From contig JAHRHZ010000021.1 of NCBI GenBank assembly GCA_024137785.1, positions 45,416,051-45,480,050 of the forward strand: 64,000 nucleotides of DNA, given 5' to 3'. Position 1 is the stretch's first letter, and the number at the start of each line of letters is the position of its first letter. The position numbers were made by a program, and so were the translations under genes. This document shows positions 13,301 to 25,415 of the stretch, piece by piece. The notes beneath the pieces were generated by a model, which saw only the letters and a list, made by a program, of their open reading frames with translations, ran no database searches and was not told where the DNA came from. This DNA comes from Ginglymostoma cirratum. Taxonomy: Eukaryota.

Positions 13301-13564
13301 GCGTGGAGGCAGGAACAGCCAGGCTGCAGAAAAATAGCGGCGGCAGCGAAAGGAATTATTGCTAGTTGCAGTGCAAGAAATAAAGAATTCCAATCCACCA
13401 CAAGATCCTCATTGAACATCACTAACAGCCTCAGTAAACGCACCGCTTTATGGTCGAAGTGGATGCGATCTCCTTACAGTTAACATTCGTCAGAGTAGCA
13501 CTTTGTGTTGTTTAATAAATATTAATAGTGCTTCAATTGTCAAGAGACGTGTGCCCTAAACATT

Positions 13565-14105
13565 ACAGACTGACACACTGACACCGACACACACAAAGAC
13601 AGAAACACACACTCACCCAAACCCACACTCACATACACATGCGTACACTCATTCAAACAATCATGCAAACACATTCTATCTCAAGCACACACACACTAAC
13701 TCACTCACAAACACACACACTCAAACACGCTAATACAAACACAGAGCCTCGAACACACACACTCACTCAAATAGACATACACACATGCCTACATTCATTC
13801 AGGCATACTTATACAAAAAAAAACTAACACACACACTCACTCATACACGTGCCTACACTCATTCAGACAGATTTATGCAAACACATACAACCCCCAAGCA
13901 CTCACACACACGCTCACTCAAACACATAGTAACTCAAATACGCACTCAAAACCATTTAGTCACCTAAACACTATCACGCTCACACACCCGCCTAAACACA
14001 TACTAACTCGCACGTTCAATCACATATTCTGCCACACACACCCACTAACTCACACGCTCATAAAGACACAAACACATAGCCAGCTCGAACACACGCACAC
14101 ACACA
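13565..14105. repeat. Degenerate (CA)n/(TG)n low-complexity tract
   Basis: ~540 bp of acacac/cactca repeats directly after the GRM8 exon donor. Confidence 0.9.
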
Positions 14106-14123
14106 GTCAGGCAGAGATCTTAC

Positions 14124-14600
14124 CTTAAAAAGTCTCAGTATATTGGCCACCATGATGGAGACGGAACTTGCAGAAGCGCCTATAACTCCCACGATCTTGT
14201 CTGGTTTGGTGATAATGGGCGCCTCTCCGCTGGCACACCTCACGTCCGTGGTGTCTTTCTCGATCAAGGCTTGGACGAAGGTGAGGGACTGCTCCAGGGC
14301 GTAGGTGTCCCGGGAGCAGGTGTCCAGGATGCGGACCCCCAGGGTGATGTTGGTGAGTAGCTCGGGGTCCCGGTTCAGCTGGTCGACGGCGTGCAGCATC
14401 GCCTCCATCCGGTGGATGCCTTTCTCCTTCTTGATTTCGCCGCAGGCGGCTCCGGACTGTCCCCGGGAGTGCACCGGGAAGAGGCCCCCGAGGATAATGT
14501 CTCCTTCCAGGCGGATGGAGTGGGCATGTTCCTGCGCAGCGCCCTGGAGCCAGTGGAAGGCGGCCAGGAGGGCGAGAAGGTGGCGGCGCGGTAGCCTCAT
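14124..14600 (-). CDS. GRM8: First coding exon (159 codons) of a group III metabotropic glutamate receptor, mGluR8-like: signal peptide plus start of the Venus flytrap domain
   Basis: Translation [17 protein letters not shown]...[18 protein letters not shown]...[17 protein letters not shown]...[33 protein letters not shown]...[22 protein letters not shown]. Good Kozak context (ggaaccATGA). Canonical donor AAG|GTAAGA at 14124/14123, at the typical group III mGluR exon end. ZNF800 lies upstream on the same strand, as for human GRM8. Group III mGluR identity is near certain; the paralog is less certain. Confidence 0.85.
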
Positions 14601-15560
14601 GGTTCCCGGAGCAGGTCGAGCGGCTCCGGCCTGGGGAGGGCAACGGGGAATGCTAGCGGGACCAGAGACTGCCCGGGTGCCTGGGGCAAGGGACGAGACA
14701 GTAACTGGAGGCTCCTACAGCATCCTGAAGCAGCTCAGTGACCAGCATCTTGCAGAAGGTTTAGCAGCCTTTCCTTCTCCCCCTGTTCCAGCAATCCCAG
14801 CAGAAAGCAGTTAGGTCCTCCCTCTCTCTTATGTTTGAGCACTTCTCTCGGTTCGTCAAGCTTAAATTTCTTTGCAAAAGACGAAGCTGCCTCTCCACTC
14901 TCTCTGGATACTGTCCTCCCTGCCGGCGCCCTGTTGATGTGCAACGAGGAGATAAGAGAAATAAATGAATGGGGAATTAAACCAGCCTTAAGTTCACTGG
15001 TGAAACAGTCAACAGCACACAAGCACCCCTCCCCTCACTTGCTGCCCCCACTAAGCTCTCACTCAGGAGAAATATCCAGGACAGCTCTGACCCACCCACA
15101 GTAGCAAATCCCCTTTCAGAAACTGGGAATACAAATCAGTGGGCGGCCACTGCGTCTCCCCAAGTCCCTTTTCCCACTGGGTGCCAACAAAGACTTGTCC
15201 ACTTTGCGCTCCCGTTTGGACACCCCAGCGCCTGGCGCCACGTTCCCCAGCCTCGCACCCTCGCCGTGTGTCCACTAGCGCCGACTCGGAGTCTGCCTGG
15301 AGGATGCTATAAATCCTTTATCCAATCTCGGCACCCGGCAGTCCCGCGTCAGGCACGGCGTTACTCTAACAGGAAGATTGTCTGCACGGCTGCTGCTTCT
15401 TTCTCAGCCTCCCTGTCCCTCACATCTGACTGCTCCACAGCCAAGTGATCTTATCCCAGATCAGGAAAAGAACGTTCAGTCCCTGAGAACTGCTCTGTTA
15501 TTCAATTCGAACGAACGCGGCACTGAAACAGGCCGTTCGGCCCAACAGATCGCTGCTGGC
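14130..15560. promoter_or_regulatory. CpG island over and upstream of the GRM8 first coding exon (possible alternative promoter)
   Basis: High GC and CpG density at 14150-14700 and 15130-15560; moderately CpG-rich sequence extends down to ~11500. Confidence 0.6.
14601..14930 (-). other. GRM8: Probable 5' UTR part of the first coding exon of GRM8
   Basis: Strong minus-strand acceptor ttccccattcatttatttctcttatctcctcgttgcacatcaacAG|ggcgcc (AG at 14932-14931), giving an 807-nt exon with 330 nt of UTR. Confidence 0.6.
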
Positions 15561-16760
15561 GTTTATGTTCTACTCGACCCTCTTTCTCTACACTGTATTT
15601 AAGCCCATCAGCAGAACGTGTATCTCTCTCCTCAATAACATTGGGTTCCCTCTTAAACACATCTATTTTATTATCCTGAACAACATTCGAAACAGGCTTT
15701 AAACATTTTCCTCCTGTTTGTTTTAATGAAGTTTATTTATATTGCGCTTATGTTCATGTATCATTGTTTTGGCTTCATCTGCCAGCGCACACATCTGTTC
15801 CTGGTATCCTATCAAATCCCCTCTTCACTTTTAAACCTTTTCCAGCCCATCCACAGGTTTCTGGAGAAAATAGCCACCCCCTGTTCAGTCTTTCTTGATA
15901 GTTGCAACCCCTCAAATTATTTATTAATTTCTTTTTCATCTTCTCCAGTGTGTTTTGTCAGAAGGGGACCAGAAAGAGGCACAAGTTTGGTCTAACCAAA
16001 CTTCTGTACAGGTTTAACACAACTTCACTGCTTTTCAAATACATGTCTTTAGAAATGACCAGCAATGCTTTGCATTTCTAATAGAGTTGTTCACTTGAAC
16101 TTATCCTATTTAAACCTCCTCTTATTTCCAAGGAATATATTATCTTTTCACAGCAAGTTGCACCATGTCACATTTAGTGTCAATACTATGCAGAACTGGA
16201 GGAACACAGCAAGTCAGGGAGCATCAGGAAAGTCGACGTTTCGGGCTTACACCTTTCATCCTTCAGATTTTGACTCCAACATCTGCAGTTCTTGCTATCT
16301 CCATATCACAATTAGTTCTGTTGAAATTCCCTTGTCATTTAGACACCAACTATTCGACAGGTTTTCTTTTCTTTCCCCAACCTTTCTCATTATTAACTAT
16401 TCCCCACCTTCCAAATTGCTTTTAAATCCAAATTTTAAATCCCAGCATCTGGACTGTTTACCTAACTGGTGAACAATAGTTCTCCCAGCCTTGATATCAT
16501 TTGTACATCCATCCATCTGTTTTAACTATCTTCAACACCTACTCTTTGTGTTTGGTTTTGTAGCTAGCTTGGCACTTGCCCTCTGATTTCACATGCTCTT
16601 ACCTTTATTAGAATTGACTACATGGTACCTTACTGAAGGCTTTTTGAAAACCCAGGTGCATTACATTTGCTACATTTAACTGTGTTCATTTCTATTCCTT
16701 CTTCAAAGAACTCAGTGAGGCTGGAGTGCAAACTTCTCTTTTGGAATCTATGCTACTATT
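15515..16760 (-). mobile_element. Old CR1 LINE fragment
   Basis: gcactgaaacaggccgttcggcccaac tail and ttactgaaggctttttgaaaacccaggtg (antisense LxFQKAF motif). Confidence 0.55.
16186..16301. mobile_element. Degenerate Penelope-terminus fragment with a hammerhead remnant
   Basis: gaacacagcaagtcagggagcatcaggaaagtcgacgtttcgggcttacacc, followed by inverted tail sequence ccaacatctgcagttcttgctatctc. Confidence 0.55.
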
Positions 16761-16769
16761 CTCCAAGGA

Positions 16770-17085
16770 TACCATGGTGGCTCAGTGGTTAGCACTGCTG
16801 CCTCACAGCTCTAGGGACCTGGGTTTGATTTTAGCCTTAGGTGACTCTCTGTGTGGAGCTTTGCACATTCGCCCTGTGTCTGTGTGGGTTTCCTCCCACA
16901 GTCCAAAGATGTGCAGGGTAGGTGGATTGGCCATGCTAAATTGCCCATAGCGCCCAGGGATGTTTAGGTTAGCTAGGTTGGACATGGGAAATTAGGGGAA
17001 TGGGTCTTGGTGGGATGCTTTTCGGAGGGGCAGTGTGTTCTTGTTGGGCCAAATGGCCTGTTTTCACACTGTAGGGAATTCTATG
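16770..17085 (+). mobile_element. HE1-type tRNA-derived V-SINE
   Basis: Head atggtggctcagtggttagcactgctgcctcacag, V-domain gtgtggagctttgcacattc...cccacagtccaaagatgtgcagg, and CR1-like tail ggcctgttttcacactgtagggaattctatg. Confidence 0.85.
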
Positions 17086-17091
17086 CTGCTT

Positions 17092-17413
17092 ATAGAATCA
17101 TAAAATCCCTACGGTGTGGGAACAGGTCCTTTGGCCCAACAAGTCCACACCGAACCTTGGAGCATCCCACCCAGACCCATTCCCCTATAACCCACCTAAT
17201 CTACACACCCCTATGGGCAATTTAGCATGGCCAATCCACCTAACCTGCACATCTTTGGACTGTGGGAGGAAACCGGAGCACCCGAAGGGAACCCACACAG
17301 ACACAGGAAGAATGTGCAAACTCCACACACACAGTTGCCCGAGGCTGGAATCAAACCTGGATCCCGGGTGCTGTGAGGCAGCAGTGCTAACCACTGAGCC
17401 ATCATGCCGCCCC
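17092..17413 (-). mobile_element. HE1-type V-SINE, full length
   Basis: Reverse complement of the same head, V-domain and tail. Confidence 0.88.
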
Positions 17414-18054
17414 AAATCTATTTAATGTTCTAGTAAAGATTCCAATGTCTTTCCTACAGTTTGTTTATCTTTCCCTGGAATGTTGTACCTTTCTTTTTAA
17501 ATACGTAATTAACATTAAAAAAATGGCTGATCTGTATTATAATCCAATTTTTCCATATTGTTTACTTTATTTCTTAATTCTGTTGGCTAAAAAAAACTAG
17601 CAATCTCAAACCTGAAACTTTCAATTAACGTAGCAGTAACAGTTTGTGGTAGAGGAATATTCAGATTTCCATAGCCATTTTTGCTGTCTAATAACAACAA
17701 ATGAGCTTTAATTTTAAAATTGTGGCCCCTGGGACAATCCCAAGAGAGTAACTAGTTTTGAAAGTTAAGTTGTCAAATTGTTTAGCCAGCCTGGATCCCT
17801 CAACTATATCACCTCTTAATTTTATATACTTGAGGAACTGCAACATTTGTGTATGCAAGTTGTCCAGAGCTGAACACAGTATTTTAGATGGAATCTCACC
17901 AATGTTTTAAATGATTATAACGTAACTTCCACCTCATGCCTGATTCAGTAAGGTCAGCAAACAAGCAATCTTGGTTAATAAAAAGTCTTCCATATTATTT
18001 GAAACCTTGTTGAGTTTACTTTGAAGTCAAACTTACCTTGGAGCTGCAGTCTTA

Positions 18055-19340
18055 TAGAATCATACAATGACACTGAAACTAACCATTGAATCTGGGTGTG
18101 TTACCCCTCTGCAAGAGAAACTCAACTAGTCTGTTGCCCAGGAAATATTTTCTGTTCATATAATTATTCAATTCTCTTCTGAAAGCCTCAATTGAATCTG
18201 CCTCCCCATGGTCACAGGTGATACATTTCAGATCCTAATCACTTACTGAATAAAAATGTTTTCTTCAGGTCACCATTATTACTTTGGCCAATCACGTAAA
18301 ATTGGTGTCCTCTGGTTCTGGATTCTTACAGAAAGCTGTTTCCAGTTTTGTGGATCTTTTCTGTCTAAACCCCTCATTGTTTTGAACACCTCAAACAAAT
18401 CTTATCTTCATCCAGCTAAGGGTAAGAGAATGGTCCCAGTTTCACTAATCAAACCACAGAACTAAAGTTCATCATCACTGAAATTATTCTCATGTTATAT
18501 TTTCCTGCACTCCCTCTATTGCCTTCACATCCTTCCTAAAGTTTGGGCACATTACTCCAGCTGATTGCCTTTTCGCTCAATGCTTGTAAAGTTCAGAGTC
18601 CATATGTTTTGTTAACTACTTTCATAACCTGTCATGGTCCCTCCAATGATATGTACACAAATACACCCAGTTTCTTTGCTCCATTAGATTATAGCCTTTA
18701 ATTTGTATTGTCTTTCCAGCTTCTTGCTGGCAAACCTAATAATTTCACACTTCTTGGAATTAAATTTCATCTGCCACTTGTCCACTCATTCTATCAGCCT
18801 GTTCACATACATTTGAAATTTATCATTATCCTCCATTTTACATTTAATAAAGCAGGAGTCTTAACACTGACCCCTGGAGAACCCTATTATATACCTTTCT
18901 CTCCTCTAAAAAATAACTAATCTTTATGTCTTGTCACAGTTAATATTGTATCCACGCTACTCTATTATTCCTTTAGCTGACAAACCTATTATTTAGCATT
19001 TATCAAATGTCTTATAAAAGTCAACATACACTACATCAATGCATTATCCTAATCAATGCTTTCTGATCCCTCATCAGAAAAAACAAACAAGTTAGTTAAA
19101 CACAATTTGCCCATAACAGATTCATGTTGCTTGTCTTTAATTAATCGACATTTGTCAAGTGACAATTAGTTTTGTCCTAAATTATTGTTTCTAATATTTT
19201 CCCAACACCAAGGCTAAACTGACTGGTCCATAATTGCTGGCTTTATCCCTTTTTGAATAAAAAGTGTGACATTACAATTCTCTAATTCTCGGGCACCAAT
19301 GCTGTATTCAACAAGGATTGGAAGATTACAGGGCCTCTGC
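18055..19340 (-). mobile_element. Old CR1 LINE fragment
   Basis: Antisense CR1 signatures: tagaatcataca tail, attaaatttcatctgccacttgtcca, ttatcaaatgtcttataaaagtcaacatacactacatc, aaggctaaactgactggtccataatt. Confidence 0.7.
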
Positions 19341-21342
19341 AATTTTACACAATTTTGAAGTTGCCACAACACTCACTAAACCAAACATGAAAGATCTTGT
19401 CACAGGAGATTGTGAATTCAAAACCAACTCCAGGCTGCCAGCACCCAAACTTGACACACCAGTGCAGCAATGACAGCATATTGAGTGGTGGATGAGTTCT
19501 ACCTTCTGAATCAGGTGCTCAGGGTATCAATGCATGCTACACTAAAATTGAATCTGACTGTTTGCAAAGAGAGGAGACACAACAAAGATTGATCCTGACC
19601 ACTTCTGATGTCTACACTTGCTGCTAGGTGTCATTGGTAAACAATTAAGAGAGGGAACCATGGATTATATCCAGCCCTGCCCTCACCAATTAGCCTCGGT
19701 GCATGACATTGAAGTGACAATTTGTCAAACTAGTTGATAATTAACTTAGCACAGATAAGAAATTGTCTATATGCACAGCAAGGTATTACATTTGAAACAC
19801 ATCAGTCTGTTTAGTTATATATTCTGGATTTTAACCATGAGCATGTGTGCAAGTTTGCATACATTGAGCAATAAGCCAGACATACCGAGCTATTCCACAC
19901 CAGGCAGCTAATTTACAAAAGAGATAAAGAAGGTCTAGAATTAGAAAATCAAAGTGTATATGTATTTCTCACACCATAGATCAATTCTCTGTTTAGACAT
20001 AAAAATAGTTCTTATTACAAATTCTATTCTATTCTAAAATCTGCTGCAAACCTTAAGAAAGTGGGGTTCATATTCAAATAATGATCACAACACAGCCTTC
20101 TGAGAAGCCATTTATGATGAGACATCAGACCATTAGAAAGGAAAAATGACACGTTTGCTGTGACCATGTTCACTCTTACCCTTCAGACATAGAAGCCTGC
20201 TACAATACTTGGCATGGCCAACATGACACTCCAGCCCCACACAATGCGGCCAACTCTGGATGGGCAAAGCATTGCCTTGCTAGAATTTCCCATATCCCCC
20301 AAGATCAAATTCAGCTAAATGTTACACACCTCTTTCAAATTCAGAGTATTGCAGCCTATAATTCTGCTAGTTTTTAGCTACATTACCAAAATAAGGCTGT
20401 TCACAACACTCATGTTAGCAAAGATCCATTTTAGAAAAAGATACATAGTGAATTCAATGCAGATGGTGAAACACAATTTATCTTTAGGAAGGTTAGATTG
20501 GCATTTAAAGTACTATTACCTACAAAATGGTGTACAGAATAGACATGCCTTAACTTTGCTGGCATGTTTACTATGTACCTACCATATAAATACCCTAATT
20601 AAATATGACAAACATTCCTAATCTGTTAGGTCCCCTGACCAAACAACAGTTAAGATCTAAAGCAACACACATGGTGTGTACCAATAAGAACTAAGCTCCT
20701 TGTTTTTTTTATGTTAACCTTAAAGCAACACTGTACAATTCACTGGATTGACACCTCTGGCTGATCATGAGCTATACAATGAGAGATCCACTGGAGATTA
20801 ATTAAGACAACAGTAAGACACACAGACACAGATCCATACGGCCCAGATTTTGCAGTCATCTGCAAACAAACTACACCAGCTGTCCATTATACTTATGTGT
20901 GTTCATAGGCAATGGGTTTTTGAACTGGAACTTATTAAGAATCCAAAACAATTATGTCTCCCTCTACAGGGGTTATACAAAGCTGCGTGAACAGAGCAAA
21001 CTAAGGTCCATCACCTTTATGAATCAAAACATCCTTACTGATCCAGGAAGCATCAAAATCAGACCAGGAAGTAAGTCAGAACATTTCATTCAACATTGAA
21101 TCACGTACAGAACATGAAAGAAGACGAGAAAGGAAGATGGATTAGGAAAAAGAGATAAAAGAAATATTTTAAACGTTATATAAAATTGTAATTATTTTTA
21201 AAATTTACAAAAATAATTAGACATGAAGGAATTAAACTCCATTTTGCACTGCCAGAGAGTCTGTTTGGAAGTAATTAAGATTTAACTCACTATTAAAAAT
21301 TCACTCATATTGGAGCAACCAAGCCACACCTTCTGCTGGCAT

Positions 21343-21461
21343 GAGATAGTAGGAACTGCAGATGCTGGAGAATCTGAGATAACAAGGTGTAGAGCTGGAT
21401 GAACACAGCAGGCCATGCAGAATCATAGGAGCAGGAAAGGTGACGTTTCGGGCCTAGACCC
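21343..21461 (-). mobile_element. Penelope-terminus fragment, truncated inside hammerhead stem II
   Basis: gagatagtaggaactgcagatgctggagaatctgagataacaagg...tgacgtttcgggcctagaccc; same family as 187-283. Confidence 0.7.
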
Positions 21462-21587
21462 TAGACCAACATTGTCCTTCAAGTTGGGCCTTCCTAAGCC
21501 AGACTGAGGAGCAAATCATTGCTGAAGGGATGCAGCAGGGAAACTTGTGAGGAGAGGAGCTGATAAAGCTACACTCCCTTCAGATAT

Positions 21588-21748
21588 AACACAGTGTTAG
21601 AGCTGGAGATTTGAATAGATAATCTGAAGAAGGGTCTCTACCTGAAACATCAGCTTTCCTGCTCCTCTGATGCTGCTTGGCCTGCTGTGTTCATCCAGTT
21701 CTACCCTGTGCTATCTCAGATTCTCCAGCATCAGCCGTTCCTACTATA
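21588..21748 (+). mobile_element. Penelope-terminus insertion with hammerhead core and 13-bp TSD
   Basis: CTGAAGAagggtctctacctGAAAcatcagctttcctgctcc... TSD TCCCTTCAGATAT at 21575-21587 and 21749-21761. Confidence 0.7.
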
Positions 21749-24700
21749 TCCCTTCAGATATCTCCAGTTCAGGTTACTCCTCGTAAAATGACCATGCATA
21801 CAGTGTTCAGGTCAGTTTTTTTTGCCATTTCTAAGGTTATTTTAAAAACTATTTTGATGGTTAAGATACTTAATTTTTGTTATGAGTTTGTGATGATGTG
21901 AGAGTAGGTGAACATTATTAGGAGGGAGTTGGGGCTATTGATATTTGTCAGGGGCATGTAAACTGTTTTTTGGATTCTTCCTAGTCAGCTGTACTGGTAG
22001 TCACTTTCATGTGCCTAAGGTTAACAGCTGGTGAAGAACAGGTAAATATTTGGGTAAGAATATTGTACCCAGCCCAAGCCACGGCACTAAGTTCAACATC
22101 AGAGAAACTCTTAGATGTGTGTGGGCAACATAATTCTACCTTTTGTAAGTATAAACTTCTTGAGTAGCGATTGTGCATGTACTTGGGTCAGTTCTTCCTT
22201 GATCCACAATAACAGTAAAGTTCCCAATATTCACACTGTTGTCCTAGACGATTTGTGCTTTTGTTATTAAAGGATGTTGAAGGAACAAGGCAACTCAGAC
22301 AGCAATGTTCTGATTTCCAAATTTAACTGCAGAAGTTGCTGTCCAATTTAATAACAGTGAACACTGCTGACTTCGCTATTGTTTCTACAACAGAATCTAT
22401 GTTATTAGGTGACACTGTGCACTCTACTCACTATCTGAGACAATGGACCATCCAAGTAATATAATGACTGGTGGTCTGACCGTTACCTTTCATGATTAGA
22501 TGCAGAAAGCAATGATTGGAATATTCAAGGCATGTTGTTCACAGTTGTTGATTAATATCCATTTATGGAAATCATAGAACAATCTAATTTAGCCAGAATT
22601 TAGTATCCATAACAACACTGGTAAAGGGATGAGCTGTGCTTGGTCTTTCTTCAAGTTACCGCTTTGACATGTGATCAATTTTCCAAGAACTGAAAATTTC
22701 CATCCACTCCAAGGATGTAGAAATAAAAAGGTAGGATCTTGGGGAATTCCAGAGGGAACAATATGTGGAGGGGGAAGAGAGTGATGCTACTAATGGATAG
22801 TTAAACATGGAACCCGCTAAGGGCTATCTCATTGAGTTAGAGTGGTGAAGAGGCATCGGAGGAGAATGATATGTTCATCTACATAGAAAGCTGCAAAGGG
22901 TTCAAGGATGATGAAGAGGGTTAGCGCACCCAGACACAGACGTTATAATTTCTAACTTTGACAGAGAATTTTTGGTATTTTGATGGAGGTAGATTCATGA
23001 TTGGAGTGATTCAAATATGAAGATAAAATGACAGAAATGGGTTTGAGAAGATGACAACAAGTTAAAAGAAAGGAAGTTGGTTTGAGTGTTGCAAGAATAG
23101 TAGAGTTGGGGATGAGTTTTTAAGGAGGTTGTAACGATGGTGATTTTGAAAAGTACCTGGGGGTAGAGAACCACTTACAATGTCAGAAACCTGAGATCCA
23201 TTTGGAATGTAGGTGGTCAGTAGTACAGTTGGAAATGAATCAAGATAGCAAGCATAGAGTTGCATGGAATATGATAAGGTGGGAGAAGGCAGTTCAATGA
23301 TCCCTGTCCTCACAGTTTGCCAAGCTGATCTCTTTGACTTGTCAAGACCTGTTACTCCTCAATTTCTCTCTCTTCAAGTGTTTTTGAATTCCTTGCAGGA
23401 AGCACGAGCAACTGGTTCATAAATTATAAGGTCTCTGACATAGGGTTAAAAGCTACAGCTTACAACAAATAGTGAATGAAAATAAGTTGTTTTCTTCAGT
23501 CTTTAGACTTTTTTAACCAGAGAGATAAGTAAACACATTCCTGTCTGGAGGTCTAATGGCTCTGACCATCTCATTCATATCCACAAGTTGTCCAGTTACC
23601 TTGCAGCCAATCACGTAGTTGCTAGCAGGCAGAGGGCCTTTGCCATTGGTCACCAACCTGCAGACCAGTCAGCTACTTGTTACTGGCTCTATCTCATTCT
23701 GTACACACTCCCTGGTGCCAGTTCGTCTGTAACTAAATTTCCCTCACTGGTTGAACGAATAACAAGTGTAACTTACAATAATTGCTGGCAGCTTGTTTTT
23801 AAAAAGGTTTTTTTTTCAAACAGTCTTTTACCCACTTCAGTCCATAATCAAAAATACAGGAAAGGAAACAGATACAGTCTTCACAGGGAGAGACAGCAAG
23901 TAAGTCTAAAATTTAGTAATGAGAAAGCTCACTGTGTTCCTTTTACTGCTGGTTGGCAGTGACAACAGAGGAAGAAAGGAGATTAAAGGACAGTAATGAT
24001 GTAGGATTGAAGCCAATACCTTTTTTGCTGTGCTTAACACAGGAAGAAGTGAGTGGCTTGGCAGAACAGAAAAATCTGATAATGTTGGGAAGGGCCTGAG
24101 ATCTGCTGATGTATGACTGATCCAGAGTTTGGTAGATATTCTGAAGTCTGTGCCCTTGAAGGTGTTAAAAACTCTGTATGCCAATGCTTGAGACAGATTC
24201 CCAGTATTCCAAGGCAGTCGCTGGTTGACCAGGCAGAACCTGGATGGGAAGACCCGTCACTGATAACTGGGATTCTTCACTCGCACAATGGTCCTGAAGT
24301 CCCAGTCATAACAGATAGAGTAGTACTAGTTCAGAAGCTTCTGATCCTCTCTGGTTCTCTTCATGCCATTGCCTAGTGAACCTCCAGCAATCTACCTGAA
24401 TTCACTTGTGACTCTCCAAGGCTTTCTGCTACCAACCTGCTGAAGTCTAACCTGAAATAAATAATTTGTGTAGAGTCCATATTAGAAAAGGAAAAAATAA
24501 TTAAACGTTGTTATATGTTTACACGTCAGGCAGGAAGCTAGTCTGAGCTCTACACTTATTGTATTTGCTTCTTTAAATGTATTGGGGGTTTTTTTTTGCA
24601 GCTTTGAATCTCAGACACAATGACAAATCTCATGTTGGACTTTGCCTGCATTGTTTTGTAACCTTTCCTTTGAGTTTAGCACGTTTGTAATTCACATGAT

Positions 24701-24854
24701 AGTTGGTTCATAAATAAACAATGCCTCACTGGATGTGACTATGAAAATATGATGACAGAAACTGGTGACAGAAATAACCTAATAACAAAAAGCTAAGTCA
24801 ATATCTGTTTGGTTTTGTTGACTAAGAAGTATGAAGCTCCAACAATGAGTTGTA

Positions 24855-24940
24855 CCAGACTTGAAATGTTAACTTTATTTCTCTCTCCGCAGATGCTGCC
24901 AGCCCTGCTGAGTTTCTCTAACACTGTTTTTATTGCAGTA
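24855..24940 (+). mobile_element. Old Penelope-type terminal fragment
   Basis: gacttgaaatgttaactttatttctctctccgcagatgctgccagccctgctgagtttctc; related remnants at ~47350-47410 (+) and ~55310-55375 (-). Confidence 0.45.
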
Positions 24941-25049
24941 TGACTGAGGACTGGATTTAGTGGGTTTGAACAAAGGTGATTAATGGTGCATTCACAATCT
25001 TCACAATAAGGTACAACTTTGTACCAAAGTTAAACTTAGGATTGTCATT

Positions 25050-25270
25050 GTCATCATTGGCAGTCCCTCGCAGACAAGGATGATTCTTCCACTCTCAGGG
25101 TGAGTCCATAGGTGGCTGTACAGACCAATGCAGCTTCCACCAGCTTTGTCACACTAGGAGCAGAAGATTGTCGCAGGAAGTAGGGGGGGGCAGGGTGTTG
25201 GTGTGGCAGCCTGCTCATTATGCTGCTTTCACCTGGTTTCTGCTTTTTCCTAAAGGCAAGCCTCAAGATT
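25050..25270 (-). mobile_element. RTE-type LINE 3' fragment
   Basis: tcatcattggcagtccctcg...gatgattcttccactc resembles the antisense RTE 3' end with short (tca)n repeats; assigned by recall only. Confidence 0.45.
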
Positions 25271-25415
25271 CTGACACAGCAAGTCTAAGGAGAAGTCTAC
25301 TCCGGGTCCCTGTGTTGCTGCTGAGGTGTTGCTGCCTCTTCTTACCTTGGTCCTCATCAGACTAGCTCCAAGACAAAGCAGCAGAAGGGATGCTGACATG
25401 CTGACCTATGACAAA

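Noticed and set aside
14305-14814. 169-aa plus-strand ORF and 172-aa alternative-frame ORF (14125-14643) over the GRM8 exon
   Set aside because: Shadow ORFs of a GC-rich coding exon with non-ATG starts and no recognisable domain.
14783-14815. Alternative acceptor with a CTAAC branch-like motif
   Set aside because: Weak pyrimidine tract compared with the site at 14931; cannot be supported without RNA data.
16773-16850. tRNA-like heads of SINEs as tRNA genes
   Set aside because: They continue into SINE body and tail sequence and lack an intact cloverleaf.
21343-21748. The two opposite Penelope-terminus fragments as one inverted-repeat element
   Set aside because: The second copy has its own 13-bp TSD, indicating an independent insertion.
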